Assembly (NCBI RefSeq): GCF_001194135.2
Contig: NC_068982.1
Location: 87,389,309-87,453,308, forward strand
Length of the DNA: 64,000 nucleotides
Reading direction: 5' to 3'
Source of the DNA: Octopus bimaculoides
Lineage: Eukaryota
Positions 24,701 to 38,162 of the stretch are shown one piece after another (positions within the stretch are counted from its first letter, which is position 1; the number at the start of each line of letters is the position of its first letter). The notes under the pieces are model-generated. The model worked only from the letters and a program-made list of their open reading frames with translations, was not told the DNA's origin and did no database searches. A program made the position numbers and the translations under genes.

Positions 24701-27700
24701 NNNNNNNNNNNNNNNNNNNNNNNNNNNNNNNNNNNNNNNNNNNNNNNNNNNNNNNNNNNNNNNNNNNNNNNNNNNNNNNNNNNNNNNNNNNNNNNNNNNN
24801 NNNNNNNNNNNNNNNNNNNNNNNNNNNNNNNNNNNNNNNNNNNNNNNNNNNNNNNNNNNNNNNNNNNNNNNNNNNNNNNNNNNNNNNNNNNNNNNNNNNN
24901 NNNNNNNNNNNNNNNNNNNNNNNNNNNNNNNNNNNNNNNNNNNNNNNNNNNNNNNNNNNNNNNNNNNNNNNNNNNNNNNNNNNNNNNNNNNNNNNNNNNN
25001 NNNNNNNNNNNNNNNNNNNNNNNNNNNNNNNNNNNNNNNNNNNNNNNNNNNNNNNNNNNNNNNNNNNNNNNNNNNNNNNNNNNNNNNNNNNNNNNNNNNN
25101 NNNNNNNNNNNNNNNNNNNNNNNNNNNNNNNNNNNNNNNNNNNNNNNNNNNNNNNNNNNNNNNNNNNNNNNNNNNNNNNNNNNNNNNNNNNNNNNNNNNN
25201 NNNNNNNNNNNNNNNNNNNNNNNNNNNNNNNNNNNNNNNNNNNNNNNNNNNNNNNNNNNNNNNNNNNNNNNNNNNNNNNNNNNNNNNNNNNNNNNNNNNN
25301 NNNNNNNNNNNNNNNNNNNNNNNNNNNNNNNNNNNNNNNNNNNNNNNNNNNNNNNNNNNNNNNNNNNNNNNNNNNNNNNNNNNNNNNNNNNNNNNNNNNN
25401 NNNNNNNNNNNNNNNNNNNNNNNNNNNNNNNNNNNNNNNNNNNNNNNNNNNNNNNNNNNNNNNNNNNNNNNNNNNNNNNNNNNNNNNNNNNNNNNNNNNN
25501 NNNNNNNNNNNNNNNNNNNNNNNNNNNNNNNNNNNNNNNNNNNNNNNNNNNNNNNNNNNNNNNNNNNNNNNNNNNTAAATGTGCGTAGCCTGTTGTCAGG
25601 CTGGAAGCAAGGTCGCTTCCTTAATGACATCAGGTTGCGCGATTTGGATGTTGTTGTTGCTACAGAGACCCGGTTGAGAGGGCCAAGAGATCTGCTCCCC
25701 CGGTTGAATGGCTACAAGAGTTTTTTCTCTCCAGGCTGTCCTTCTAGGGGGAGTGGGGTGTTGGTCCTATTAAAAAGAAACCGGGTTTCTGAGAAAAAGT
25801 TAATTTTTTCAGATCCAGAAGGTAGGCTGGTCATCATGGACTTGACGCTCAGCCATGGTAAAGTTTTTAGACTGGTTGCAATTTATGCACCATCAGGACA
25901 AAATGATTTTTTTCGGGATCTAGAGAAGTTTCTCAGTACATCGCATTCTTTAGTTGTGCTAGGAGACTTCAACACAATTTGCGAGGCACGTGTAGATTAT
26001 GCTGGCTCAAATACTACTAGGAAAGGTAATTCTTGCTTCCTGGATCTGCTAAGCCACTTTGAGCTGGCAGACTCTTATAGGTTGGAATTTCCGAACGCTC
26101 CAATGTGGACTTGGTCAAGTAGCGACGGATCTTCCAGGTCATACATAGATAAAGTGTTAATTAGAAAAGTAGATAGAAATATAGCTAAGTGTCCACAGTT
26201 TTACCCAGTGCTACAGTGATCATAAAATGATCACTTGTAGGCTTGACATAGATAAGCGATATACTAGAGGCTCCGGCTACTGGAAACTTAATACGTCCCT
26301 TTTGGCGATTAAGGAGTACAGAGATCGGATTAGTTTGTTGATTCAGAAGGCATTAACCGGCGCCATTATTAATAATAAATGGTGGTATGCCCTCAAACGA
26401 GCCATTAAATNNNNNNNNNNNNNNNNNNNNNNNNNNNNNNNNNNNNNNNNNNNNNNNNNNNNNNNNNNNNNNNNNNNNNNNNNNNNNNNNNNNNNNNNNN
26501 NNNNNNNNNNNNNNNNNNNNNNNNNNNNNNNNNNNNNNNNNNNNNNNNNNNNNNNNNNNNNNNNNNNNNNNNNNNNNNNNNNNNNNNNNNNNNNNNNNNN
26601 NNNNNNNNNNNNNNNNNNNNNNNNNNNNNNNNNNNNNNNNNNNNNNNNNNNNNNNNNNNNNNNNNNNNNNNNNNNNNNNNNNNNNNNNNNNNNNNNNNNN
26701 NNNNNNNNNNNNNNNNNNNNNNNNNNNNNNNNNNNNNNNNNNNNNNNNNNNNNNNNNNNNNNNNNNNNNNNNNNNNNNNNNNNNNNNNNNNNNNNNNNNN
26801 NNNNNNNNNNNNNNNNNNNNNNNNNNNNNNNNNNNNNNNNNNNNNNNNNNNNNNNNNNNNNNNNNNNNNNNNNNNNNNNNNNNNNNNNNNNNNNNNNNNN
26901 NNNNNNNNNNNNNNNNNNNNNNNNNNNNNNNNNNNNNNNNNNNNNNNNNNNNNNNNNNNNNNNNNNNNNNNNNNNNNNNNNNNNNNNNNNNNNNNNNNNN
27001 NNNNNNNNNNNNNNNNNNNNNNNNNNNNNNNNNNNNNNNNNNNNNNNNNNNNNNNNNNNNNNNNNNNNNNNNNNNNNNNNNNNNNNNNNNNNNNNNNNNN
27101 NNNNNNNNNNNNNNNNNNNNNNNNNNNNNNNNNNNNNNNNNNNNNNNNNNNNNNNNNNNNNNNNNNNNNNNNNNNNNNNNNNNNNNNNNNNNNNNNNNNN
27201 NNNNNNNNNNNNNNNNNNNNNNNNNNNNNNNNCGGTTTCTGCTTACGCGGATGACATCACTATCATCGTAACCGAAATGGACCACCTACGGTTAGTAGGC
27301 AAGGCCATAGAGGTTTACGAGACTGTGGCAGGAGCAAAAGTTAATCGTGAAAAGTCAGTCGGCTTGCAGCTTGGCACCTGGAGAGGCAAGTCGATGCCTC
27401 CTGATAGCGTCGTGGGACGTTGGATGGAGGGCCCGATTAAGTTGCTAGGAATTTGGTTTGTACCAGACCTCCAAATAGAGAAGAACTGGGCCGAGGTATC
27501 GAGCAGGGTGACCCACATAGTCAAGACCTGGTCTTGGCGGAGGTAGCCAATGTGTTCATCGCATCGGTCATCACCTACCACCTAACTGTCGTTCCTTGCC
27601 CCGATTCGTGGTTAATCAAGCTGGAAAGACAGCTCTTCCGCTTTTTGTGGAAGAGCTGGAGACCGTTTGTGAGACGCTCTATTTGCTGCCAACAACCATT

Positions 27701-30700
27701 AAAGGGTGGACTTGGGATGCCTTGGCTGTTGATGCACAAACATGCGCTGAGGTTGAGGCATCTTTCGCTCTACCCGGATGGTGAAAGGGTGTGGTCTCCG
27801 CTGGCGAAACAGATGTTTCCAAAGTTCACTAGTTTCGTTGGATTGGAAACCTGGTTGAATCGAAGATCGAAGTTGGGTACATGGTACACGGAGTGTCGCA
27901 AGGCACTCCTGCTATTCCGTCACTTGTGCAATGCCTGCGGTGGGGGTTCCACCGCATTCTTCTATAGAGGGCTTATAGAGGCGAAATGTGATGACACCTT
28001 AGGGGAAACCCTAGGTCTCGACGATGATCAGCTGACCAGTCTATTCCGATGTACATTCGGGCTGAAGACCCTGGATAATTTTCAGAAGTCTCTGGCATGG
28101 CAATGTTACCAAGGAGCCTTACCTGTTTGGGACAAACTCGCAAGACATGGTTGCGCCATCCCTCCGACTTGTCCAAGATGCGGGCGGGACAGGGAAACCG
28201 TCCTGCACACTATTGTACAATGTTCGGAGGTGTCGGAGGTGTGGGTATGTGCTGAACAACTGTTGTCAGATACTAGAAGAGTACAGCTATCAACTGAATC
28301 AATATTAAAAATTGACCCGCCGGATTTCCTCTCGAAAGAAGGTAAGATTTGTTTTCTCACTGTGGTAGCAATTGCGAGACAGGTTATTTGGAAAACGAGG
28401 ATGAAAGGTATAAAGTCAGGCATTTTCATATCTAGCTCTGCACTGGTGAATTATTTCACCTTCCACCTCAAAAGAAAAGTAGAGCTAGAGAGGAAATGCC
28501 TGACTGCAAAAATGTTTGAGAGTCGATGGAAGAGTGTAGCACAAAAGTTGTGAATGAATGTAACCGCATGAATGAGACGAAGGACTCATCTCAGTTATCA
28601 GTGGCGAGGCAGGGCACGTGGGGTCCGTGCTAAACCCGCCTTACCACTCCAGCCGTAATGTCTTCCGGTCTGTCTCATCATTCGATTTTAGTCTGATTTC
28701 ATTGTCTAAAATTTTTAAATGCATATTTCTGTAAATTCATCCATTTCATCTGACCCCAGATCAGGTTGTATCATCCCCTCTATGTCGCCCCTTGTGGGTA
28801 ATAAAAAATTAGAAAAATATGCAGTGGATGGAACATTTAAATATTGGATGTGATTCATAGGATTTACCAATATTACATTATATATTTAATTATTGCGATA
28901 TAACGCAATAAATCTAACAAGATTCTCAAATATTCTGAAAAACATACCAACATCAAAAACTATATATCATATAAAATATCTACAAACGAAAAATATGAAT
29001 TTTCCAAATTATATGATGGATTGGATTTACAAATTCTCAAAGGACAGTATATATTTTTAATATTTTTAATATTCTTAATATTTTTTAATATTTTAATTAA
29101 CATCATCCTATAGCATATTTTATTATGTATACCATTCGTTTTCACATAATATAATAATAACTTTATACATCTCTGAAGAGCGGAATTATTGCCAATATGC
29201 TTGTCTATATTAGATTACATTATAAAGGCAAGAAAAACTGTGAAACAATCGTAAGATGCATTTTAGACTTTCATAATATTTTAATCGAATTATATTTACA
29301 CTCACTTACGCATATATTTTTTATATACATTGTATGCATATATTTTTATATACATTTATATTTGTATATTTTTGATTTTAATTATAATTCAAAATGATTA
29401 TTGTCATATAAAACATACATCTTTCAGAAATTTGAATATTGATTCCCTAAGAATATTGTTAATAATTTTATTAATAATATAAATATATATATATATTTGC
29501 TCAAAGTAATAGAGCGCTCAATATAAGTTCAATAAAATATTCCCCTTTAAGCTTATTAAAATACACAGCAATATTATATACATTCAAATATTCAGGGTGT
29601 TTGGGCTAAATTTGACATTTTCATGACTTCTTTTTTCAAGAACAGCTTGTTATGTTGGTGAACAGTCAACAGCATTGGAGAGTATAGTTTTAAAGTTCTA
29701 GTCGAGAAAAGTTAGCTAACATAGAAGACTAGAAATCATCTGAAAATTAGAAAAGAGTTACCTGTATTGTGATGATTCATGTCCAGTATCAAAATGCACA
29801 GAGTAAAGGCTGTAAGATGTGACATAGACAGCTGCAACAGAGACCATGAAGCCACAGCCAGCAGGAAGGGACACAGCAGGTGTTTTGACTGCATTTGTAA
29901 ACTAGAATTCATCCCCACATCTTTGAACAGAGCTTTAGACTCATTTCAGATGGGTAAGTGAAGCTGCTGGAAACTGGCTGGAGAGGATTGCTGTTGAAAG
30001 GCTATGTGTGTGGCTGCAGGATCCAGCTACTTGCCATATCTCTGGAAAAAGTCAGAAGTGGTTGTCAGAGAATTTCTACAACTTCACCAGTCCCAATTTC
30101 TAGCCTCCTAATTCCCCCAATTGTAATCCCATGAATTACTATATGTGGGGTATAGTTGAGAAAGATGCCAACTGCTCTGCTTGCAATACTAAGGCCAAGC
30201 TGGTGGCCAAGATCAAAGAAGTGTTCAAAGATCTTCCCGAGGACACAGTGAGGAATGCATGTACCAGGTCCCAGAGCCGTGTTGAGGCTATGGTGGAAGC
30301 TGAGGGTGGTGTCTCCCAATTTTTGGATGAGATATTGTGTTTTACTTCATTTTTGTATTGGGTTTGCAAGTTTCTTTATGTGAATTCATGTGTTGAAACA
30401 AGTTTTATTGTCTTGCAAGAGTCATTACACATGCATTGATTCAATTCCAGTCCTTAAATATTAACCAATTGGTTAAATATCTATCCAATTAACTAATTGA
30501 TCATTTGTTTAATGTAACACACTAAGAGAGTAATCATTGAAAATGTTGCAAATGATATCAAAAGGACTTTGATGAAAAAAAAAAAAAACACATATTGGGT
30601 TTTCTTTTCCTTTTATGCAAGCTGTCAAATTTAGCCCCTGAATGGCAGTGCAGTTACCTTCAGATATTGGTGGCTGTAATAGTCTGTTGTGTAACATTTA

Positions 30701-31396
30701 TTAAATATTGTCAAAATAATCAGAGCTTGATTTGCTTTTTATTACATTTTCACTTTATGTATTTAACCCAATGTTTACTCTTTTGGTTAAGTTTTTTACT
30801 ACAGAAATCAAATATATCCATTTAAAATTTCATTATCCTTAACTGCAGAAAGCAGTTTTACATACCAATGTAACTTTTGTTGAAGAAAGTCGTATTTGAA
30901 ACTGTCTTTTGTTGAGATATGTCAAGATTATTGAGGAAACATAATTTCAGAAAATACCAATTCTATTTTTTGGTATACATCTTACATCATTATTGAAATA
31001 GCCACAAAATTACATTTCTCAGTTAAAGGGTTAATAAAACGTTACATATTTTCTCCTGTTCTATATCAAAATGAGAGCATAGATTAAACGTAGCTTGTAT
31101 CATTGCTGATTAAATTTTATTTTCATTTTTAGAATGAATTGCTTCCTCAAGAAATAATCAAAATGCCATTACCTGATGGACCAGCTGAAGGTCCAGATGG
31201 AACTAAACTTATCTTATATGGTATGTCAGCCGTATTGTTCTATTTACTGATAAAACTTAGTGGTTATTGGCATTCTGAAAATCAATCTCACTGACTGAAA
31301 ATGAAAATAATTTTTCTAAATTTATTTTAACTGTGGCATGTATATGTGGTTTGTGCATGCATAAGTGTGTGCATGCACACACACACACGCACGCAT

Positions 31397-31432
<36 letters not shown>

Positions 31433-31506
31433 ATACATTCACTGTCTGAAAGTCTCTGCCCACTGAGTCAATCTGTAGCTTCTGCTGATTATTAATCAAA
31501 AATAAC

Positions 31507-31540
<34 letters not shown>

Positions 31541-31807
31541 GGCACATAGCTTAATGGTTAGGGTGTTGCACTTATGATTGTAAGATTGTGATTTCAATTC
31601 CTGGACCAGGTGATGCATTGAATTCTTGAGCAGAACTCTTCATTTCACATTGCTCAAATCCACTCAGCTTCCAAAAATGAGTAATACTGCAAAGGACCAG
31701 GTTCCTATCCTGTGGTGAATATATAGGCCATAGAATCTGGAAAGCTGGCCTTATGAGGCTATTGTTTGAGGACCTTTGACCCTTTTTTTTGTAAATATAT
31801 ATATGTG

Positions 31808-31845
<38 letters not shown>

Positions 31846-32981
31846 NNNNNNNNNNNNNNNNNNNNNNNNNNNNNNNNNNNNNNNNNNNNNNNNNNNNNNN
31901 NNNNNNNNNNNNNNNNNNNNNNNNNNNNNNNNNNNNNNNNNNNNNNNNNNNNNNNNNTGTGAGTGTGTATGTGTGTGTGTTTCTGTACACACTCCAAATA
32001 CACACGGGCATCTATCACACACATACTAACTTCTTTATTTATTATGCTCATCATATTCATCTCCCCCTCTCATCTAGGAGAAAACTTCTAAACTATAAGC
32101 AGTAACTTACTTTTGTAAACAATAGCAAAAATATAAAATAATATTGATATATATTTATAAATGGAACACATGTTCCATTTATGGACTCATGTTGCTAGGC
32201 ATTACTAAACACCTATTGACACAGAAATCATATTTAAATGTTAGCTGTGAAATAAGATACAATTTTTATGATACAACATCATATTTCTTTTAAAGTGTGA
32301 GTAAAATACTAAATAGGTTAGGTTTATATATCCAGAAATGATGTCTAATATATACATATATACATACATACACACATGTGCACACACATGCACATGCACG
32401 CTCACACATGCATGCACACACACGCACATATGTGTACATATCACTCTATCCCTCCGTCCATCAATCTTTGCCAACTATTCCTAGGAGGGTCATAGAGGTA
32501 GAATCCTCAGGCACCTCCTCCATAGGGTTCTATCAGAAGCAACTGCCGGAATTCCCAAGTATGACCATCTGAGATTATGGATATTATCCAATCTTCTCAT
32601 TATTGGTCTAACCTTATGACTCCCACTGGTTGGCTCAGCTTAAAGAATGTGTCTTGTGATTTTTTCTTATGACATTCTAATCACATGTCCATAGCATATA
32701 CATGTGTCTATTACATATTATGATGTGTTTTAGGCAAGGTATTCATGTACACTAATCAAAAGAGCAACCGATTTTATCTTTTACTCGCTTCAGTCATTAG
32801 ACTGCAGCCATACTGGAGCACCACCTTGAAGAATTTTTAGTCGAATGAATTAGCTACAGTGCTTATTTTTTCTTTAAGCCTGGTACTTATTCTGTTGGTC
32901 TCTTTCCTGAACTGTTAGGTTATGGGGAATTAAACACACTAACACCTGTTGTCAAGCAGTGGTTGGAAACAAACTGAGACT

Positions 32982-33036
<55 letters not shown>

Positions 33037-34989
33037 CAGGTTTCTTTCAGTCAGCCCAAGGCCATAGTAGAAGACACTTGCCCAAGGAAGTGCAGTGCAG
33101 TGGAATTGAACCCAGAACCATGTGGTTGTGAAGCAAATCCTCTTAATATTGTTTTAAAATTCAGAGTTGGAATAGTGAATATAATTAGCTCTTGTGATAT
33201 TATTTTATGTCTTCTACACTGAACGATGAAAGACGAAGTTCACTTTGATTGGTTTTGAATAATAATGATGATAATGTCTTAAACAAAGAAAGAAGAATAT
33301 GATGATGCAGTATTAGATATTCCTATAAAGACAGGATGGTTGTGACTAGAAATCTTTTGAACATAGGTTGGCTTCATTAGGTATGATTCAGAGCTAAACA
33401 ACAACACTAATAAGAATGTCCTTCCTCTAAATAATAATGGTTGGTATTTTTTGTCATTGGTTAAAGGTATTTCAGAGATAGTAATTTAACCATTTCTACT
33501 GTGTCTGAGCTGCTTCCAAGTGCCTAGCCCCAAGTACACTTACCACCTCTCTACTCATGGATATGTTGCAAAGGAAAGACAACTCTATATGTTCATACCA
33601 TCCATGGAGTCACAGGAGATGCTGGATATTGGTCAAGTATAACTGTACATATCTAACTTTGGACCTCTCCATTCAGATTTTCTGTAGAGATTTACTCCTT
33701 TAACCTTTTTCTTTCTTTAAGTGCTCAATAAATTACCCCAACCATTAAGTGTTCATAAATTTCACATTTTTAGGTTGTGGTACAACATTTGACTTCCATA
33801 GTGAAATCAACTACCTCTACATAGCAGGTACTGAAGAAGGCCATGTCCATTCTTGCTCTAAGGCTTATTCCACTGAAGTGATGAGCACAATTAAAGCTCA
33901 CCATATGTCTGTATATAAAATTGCTTGGAATAAGTATCATCCAAAGATATTCATCACCTGCAGTGCAGATTGGACTGTGAAAATCTGGGAACATGGTTTG
34001 CAAACCAAGTATGTATTCTGTTCTGATTAAGATGTATTTTATTGGCATCCTTAATTGCATGAGTTTTATTAATTTTTTTTTTTATTACAGTTAATTAGAA
34101 GATATTTAAACTGAAAAAATGAAAAGTTATGTTGTCCTATGTTTTCATTTTGCAATATTTGAAAGATATATTAAAATATAAGTGCATACATGCACACACG
34201 CACACACACAAACACACTCGCGGAGTAGATGGAACTGGGACAACTGATGAAGGGAAAAATTTTTTATGCTGCATGTCTCGTTTCTCTGTTTGTTTGTTTT
34301 TTGTTGGTCGAAAAAAAGTTCGTTTTCTGTCTTCATCTTTGTTTTCGTTTCTCATTGTATTTAACGTTCTTTTGTGATGTCCTGTACCCATATATGCATG
34401 TATGTATACATGTACATATATGTACATATATGTAGGCATGTACATATATATATGGATATATTTATATTATTATATGTATATATATATATATATATNNNNN
34501 NNNNNNNNNNNNNNNNNNNNNNNNNNNNNNNNNNNNNNNNNNNNNNNNNNNNNNNNNNNNNNNNNNNNNNNNNNNNNNNNNNNNNNNNNNNNNNNNNNNN
34601 NNNNNNNNNNNNNNNNNNNNNNNNNNNNNNNNNNNNNNNNNNNNNNNNNNNNNNNNNNNNNNNNNNNNNNNNNNNNNNNNNNNNNNNNNNNNNNNNNNNN
34701 NNNNNNNNNNNNNNNNNNNNNNNNNNNNNNNNNNNNNNNNNNNNNNNNNNNNNNNNNNNNNNNNNNNNNNNNNNNNNNNNNNNNNNNNNNNNNNNNNNNN
34801 NNNNNNNNNNNNNNNNNNNNNNNNNNNNNNNNNNNNNNNNNNNNNNNNNNNNNNNNNNNNNNNNNNNNNNNNNNNNNNNNNNNNNNNNNNNNNNNNNNNN
34901 NNNNNNNNNNNNNNNNNNNNNNNNNNNNNNNNNNNNNNNNNNNNNNNNNNNNNNNNNNNNNNNNNNNNNNNNNNNNNNNNNNNNNTATA

Positions 34990-35050
<61 letters not shown>

Positions 35051-38000
35051 ATACATACACACATGTACATATATCTATATTTCTCTCTATATATACAAAT
35101 ATAAATATAGATATATGTATATGTACACACACACACACACATACATCATACATCACACATGTGCACATGCACATCTATCTATGCATACACTTATCCATAT
35201 ATGTTTCAGAAAATAATAATGGCAAATGATCATCTTACTCAAGAAATGAAGAAGTGTGCTGTTATTGTGGTTATAAAGGCTGAGCATAGCGATTTAGAAA
35301 TATCTTGATTTTCAAAAGTTGCCAGATCTTTTGTCTACAAAGTTTGTAAGGAGTTAGAGGCTGAAGATGGAAACGTATCACCAATATCAAAGCCTAAAAA
35401 GCATTCTAAATGCTCTGAAATCATCAGAACACCTAAATTTATCCAGCAAGTTCAACAGACCATTAATTACAATCCCAGGAAGTCCATGAGGTTAATTGCA
35501 AAAGATCCCCTTGTGTCAGAAGGAACAGTCAGAAATGTTGTCCATGAAGACATCAGGTATAAGTCTTATATGATGAGGAAAGGTCAATTTGTCAGAAAAA
35601 TCAAAAGAAAATCACTACATCAGATCTAAAAGGCTCTTAAACAAACTGAAAAATCTAGCAGAAGAAGATTTGATTTGGTTTTTCTCAAATGAGAAAAACT
35701 TTGAGCAAAATCAAAAAGTTAACAAAAGAAATGACAGATGAATATGTGCAGACCTTTCTGAAGTTTCAAGTGTCATGCATACAAAATTTCCTGCAACTAT
35801 CATGGTTTTAGGGATTGTCAGCATCAAAGGACATGTGATGCCTCCTTACTTCTTTCCACAAGGACTTAGAGTTAACCCTGCCACCTACATTAAGGTCCTG
35901 GAAATAATTAAGCTCTGGATAGACAGTATATGCTATGGAAGGCCATATGTGTTTCAATAAGACTCTGAACTATCACACATGGTTCTAGTAACACAGGAGT
36001 GGATGGTTGAAAATATTCATGATCACATAATCCCTAACATTTGGCCTCCTAATTCCCCAGATCTCAATCCATTGGACTATTACATGTGGAGCATTGTTGA
36101 GAGAGAGGTCAATGAACACATCCATAACACCAAAGATTCTTTGAAAGCTGCCATAGTCAAAGTAATGTCCAAAATGAGCCAGTACCACTTGATTCAAGCA
36201 TGTAGATGATTTAGATCTCATATAGAAGCAGTTTATATATTGAATAACATTATAGAAAAAATTTTATTTTTATCCTCATAGCATTTTCTGATAAATAAAG
36301 TCATTATCTGTTACATATATATCTGTTTTATTTTATAAACATAAATCTTCCAGTCCTTCCAAGCCTGTTTCTTTTCTATAATAGCCTTGTCAACAACATT
36401 GTTCCACCACCACGTTACCTTGGTTCGAGAGGGGACTTTGCACCATCCACAGATCTGGTCAGTGGCCCTCAGCAGGTTGTCCTGTAGAAACCTCCAGTTG
36501 TCTTCCACATCATGTGATGCTATATCCCCCTCTATTTCGTCAAAGGCTTTAAGTATTACGTCCCTAAATCTCTGTCCATTCACAGGATCTTTAAGCTTCC
36601 AGATCCTTCTCCTCCATGCTGGTCGTTTTCTGGGCATCCATTTAGCCCTGATCCTGAAGTCTCTAACTACTAGTCTATGTTGTGGGATACATTCTTCACC
36701 TGGGAAGGTTTTGGCAATTATAAGCAGCCATCTTTCCCTTTTTCTGGCGAGGATGTAGTCAATTTGGCTAGTGTGTCTACCAGAACGGTAGGTGAGTAGG
36801 TGACTGGCAAGTTTCCTGAAGTTAGTACTGCAAACCATAAGATCATTTGCATCGCAGAACACCAGCAGCCTGGTTCCCTCCTCATTGCAAGAACCAAAAC
36901 CATAGCCTCCATGTATGCCATGGAAGCCCCCTTCATGTTGTCCAACATGTCCATTAAAGTCACCAGCCACAAAGAGAAGGTCCCTGTCATTCATCAACGA
37001 GATAGTCTGCAAAAGAGTGTCATAAAATCAGTCTTTCTGTCCATCAGGTAGCCCCAGCTGAGGGGCATAAGCTGAGATAGCACTAATCTAATCTTAAGTA
37101 TTCTATCGCATACTCTGACTACCTCGATTATCTTATCAACCCATTTCTCTGCAAGAAGTATACTCCAACCCTATCAGTGTTCCTTGCCCAGAAAATCTTG
37201 TACCTGTGTTCTTTGCCTGTGAGGAAGCTAGCAAAATCTCCTCTCCACATTACTTCTTGGATGCAGCACAAATCTACACGTCTCCGTTCAAGCATCTCAG
37301 CAATCTCACCAGACCTACCTTTCAGTGTGCCCATGTTGAGTGTGCCAACTCTGAGAGTGTGGGAGGTGTGGGCCGGTGAGACCCTGGGATGGGGGACAGC
37401 AACATCATGTACCTGAAAAGAAAGCTTGCATCTGGCAGAATTCATAACATACAATAGCCTTCAACCTGCATACACTACACCATCATTTTTATGCATTATT
37501 TTATCACCTTACATAGGAGATAAACCCTAAGTAGGGGTGGAGATGGTGTTAAGCCGTTAGAAGTGTTCATGGGAGACAATCAATAGATGACAGAGGTAGG
37601 GACTTCCGATACAGGTGGTGGGGGTGGAAGGGCGGGCGTACTGCGAAATAGCAAAATTTGACAAGAGCATCTTCTGGATTCGTATTCTTTCGGGAGAGTT
37701 ATATTAAGATGGAGTAGGGGAATCCGAGTGTGTGTGGTAGTTTATATAGGGTGGGGTGGTGGAGGAGGGTGAAGTGTTGGTGAAGCAAGTGGTCATAAGA
37801 CAAAGAGAGAAACAGAATGAGGCAGAGAGAGAGGAGCGCCAGAGTTAGGGTGATCAAGGATAGAACATGAGGGAGAAAAATATTCTTTGGGGATTTTGGG
37901 TAACACAATTTAATGAAACAGCAAATGCTGATAATAGTGAAATAGAATTGAAAAATCTTAGAATTTTCGGTCAGCCAATCAGTGACAAAATTAGAGAAAT

Positions 38001-38119
38001 AAGTGGCGATGTGACAAACTTGAATAAATGAATAGGTAATGAATATTGATAGTGCATGAAGGAACTTAAGTTTGTTTTAAGACCGAAGAAGACAAAGCTA
38101 TGTTTAAATTATGTTTACA

Positions 38120-38162
<43 letters not shown>

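Larger units (their letters stand above)
23594..28808 (+). mobile_element. L1/Tx1-clade LINE, near full length (ORF1 with CCHC knuckle; ORF2 APE-RT-zinc finger), with gaps and disablements
   Basis: ORF1 [14 protein letters not shown]; ORF2 [56 protein letters not shown]; AATAAA plus A-tract at 28800-28808; 5' end in a gap. Confidence 0.92.
22572..29543 (+). mobile_element. Penelope-like element (PLE) remnant: inverted pLTR, GIY-YIG C-terminus, hammerhead and tail; interrupted by a Tx1 LINE
   Basis: 13-bp direct repeat CCTTTAAGCTTAT at 22559-22571 and 29544-29556; ~22572-22740 is the reverse complement of ~29330-29490; ~22738-22803 is the reverse complement of ~22908-22975; GIY-YIG ORF; HHR at 29167. 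Confidence 0.85.

Noticed and set aside
34240-34290. GGGACAA-CTGATGA-AGGG...TGTCTC possible hammerhead
   Set aside because: A stem I-like pairing exists, but this copy has no GAAA or stem III; it cannot be supported without a family consensus.
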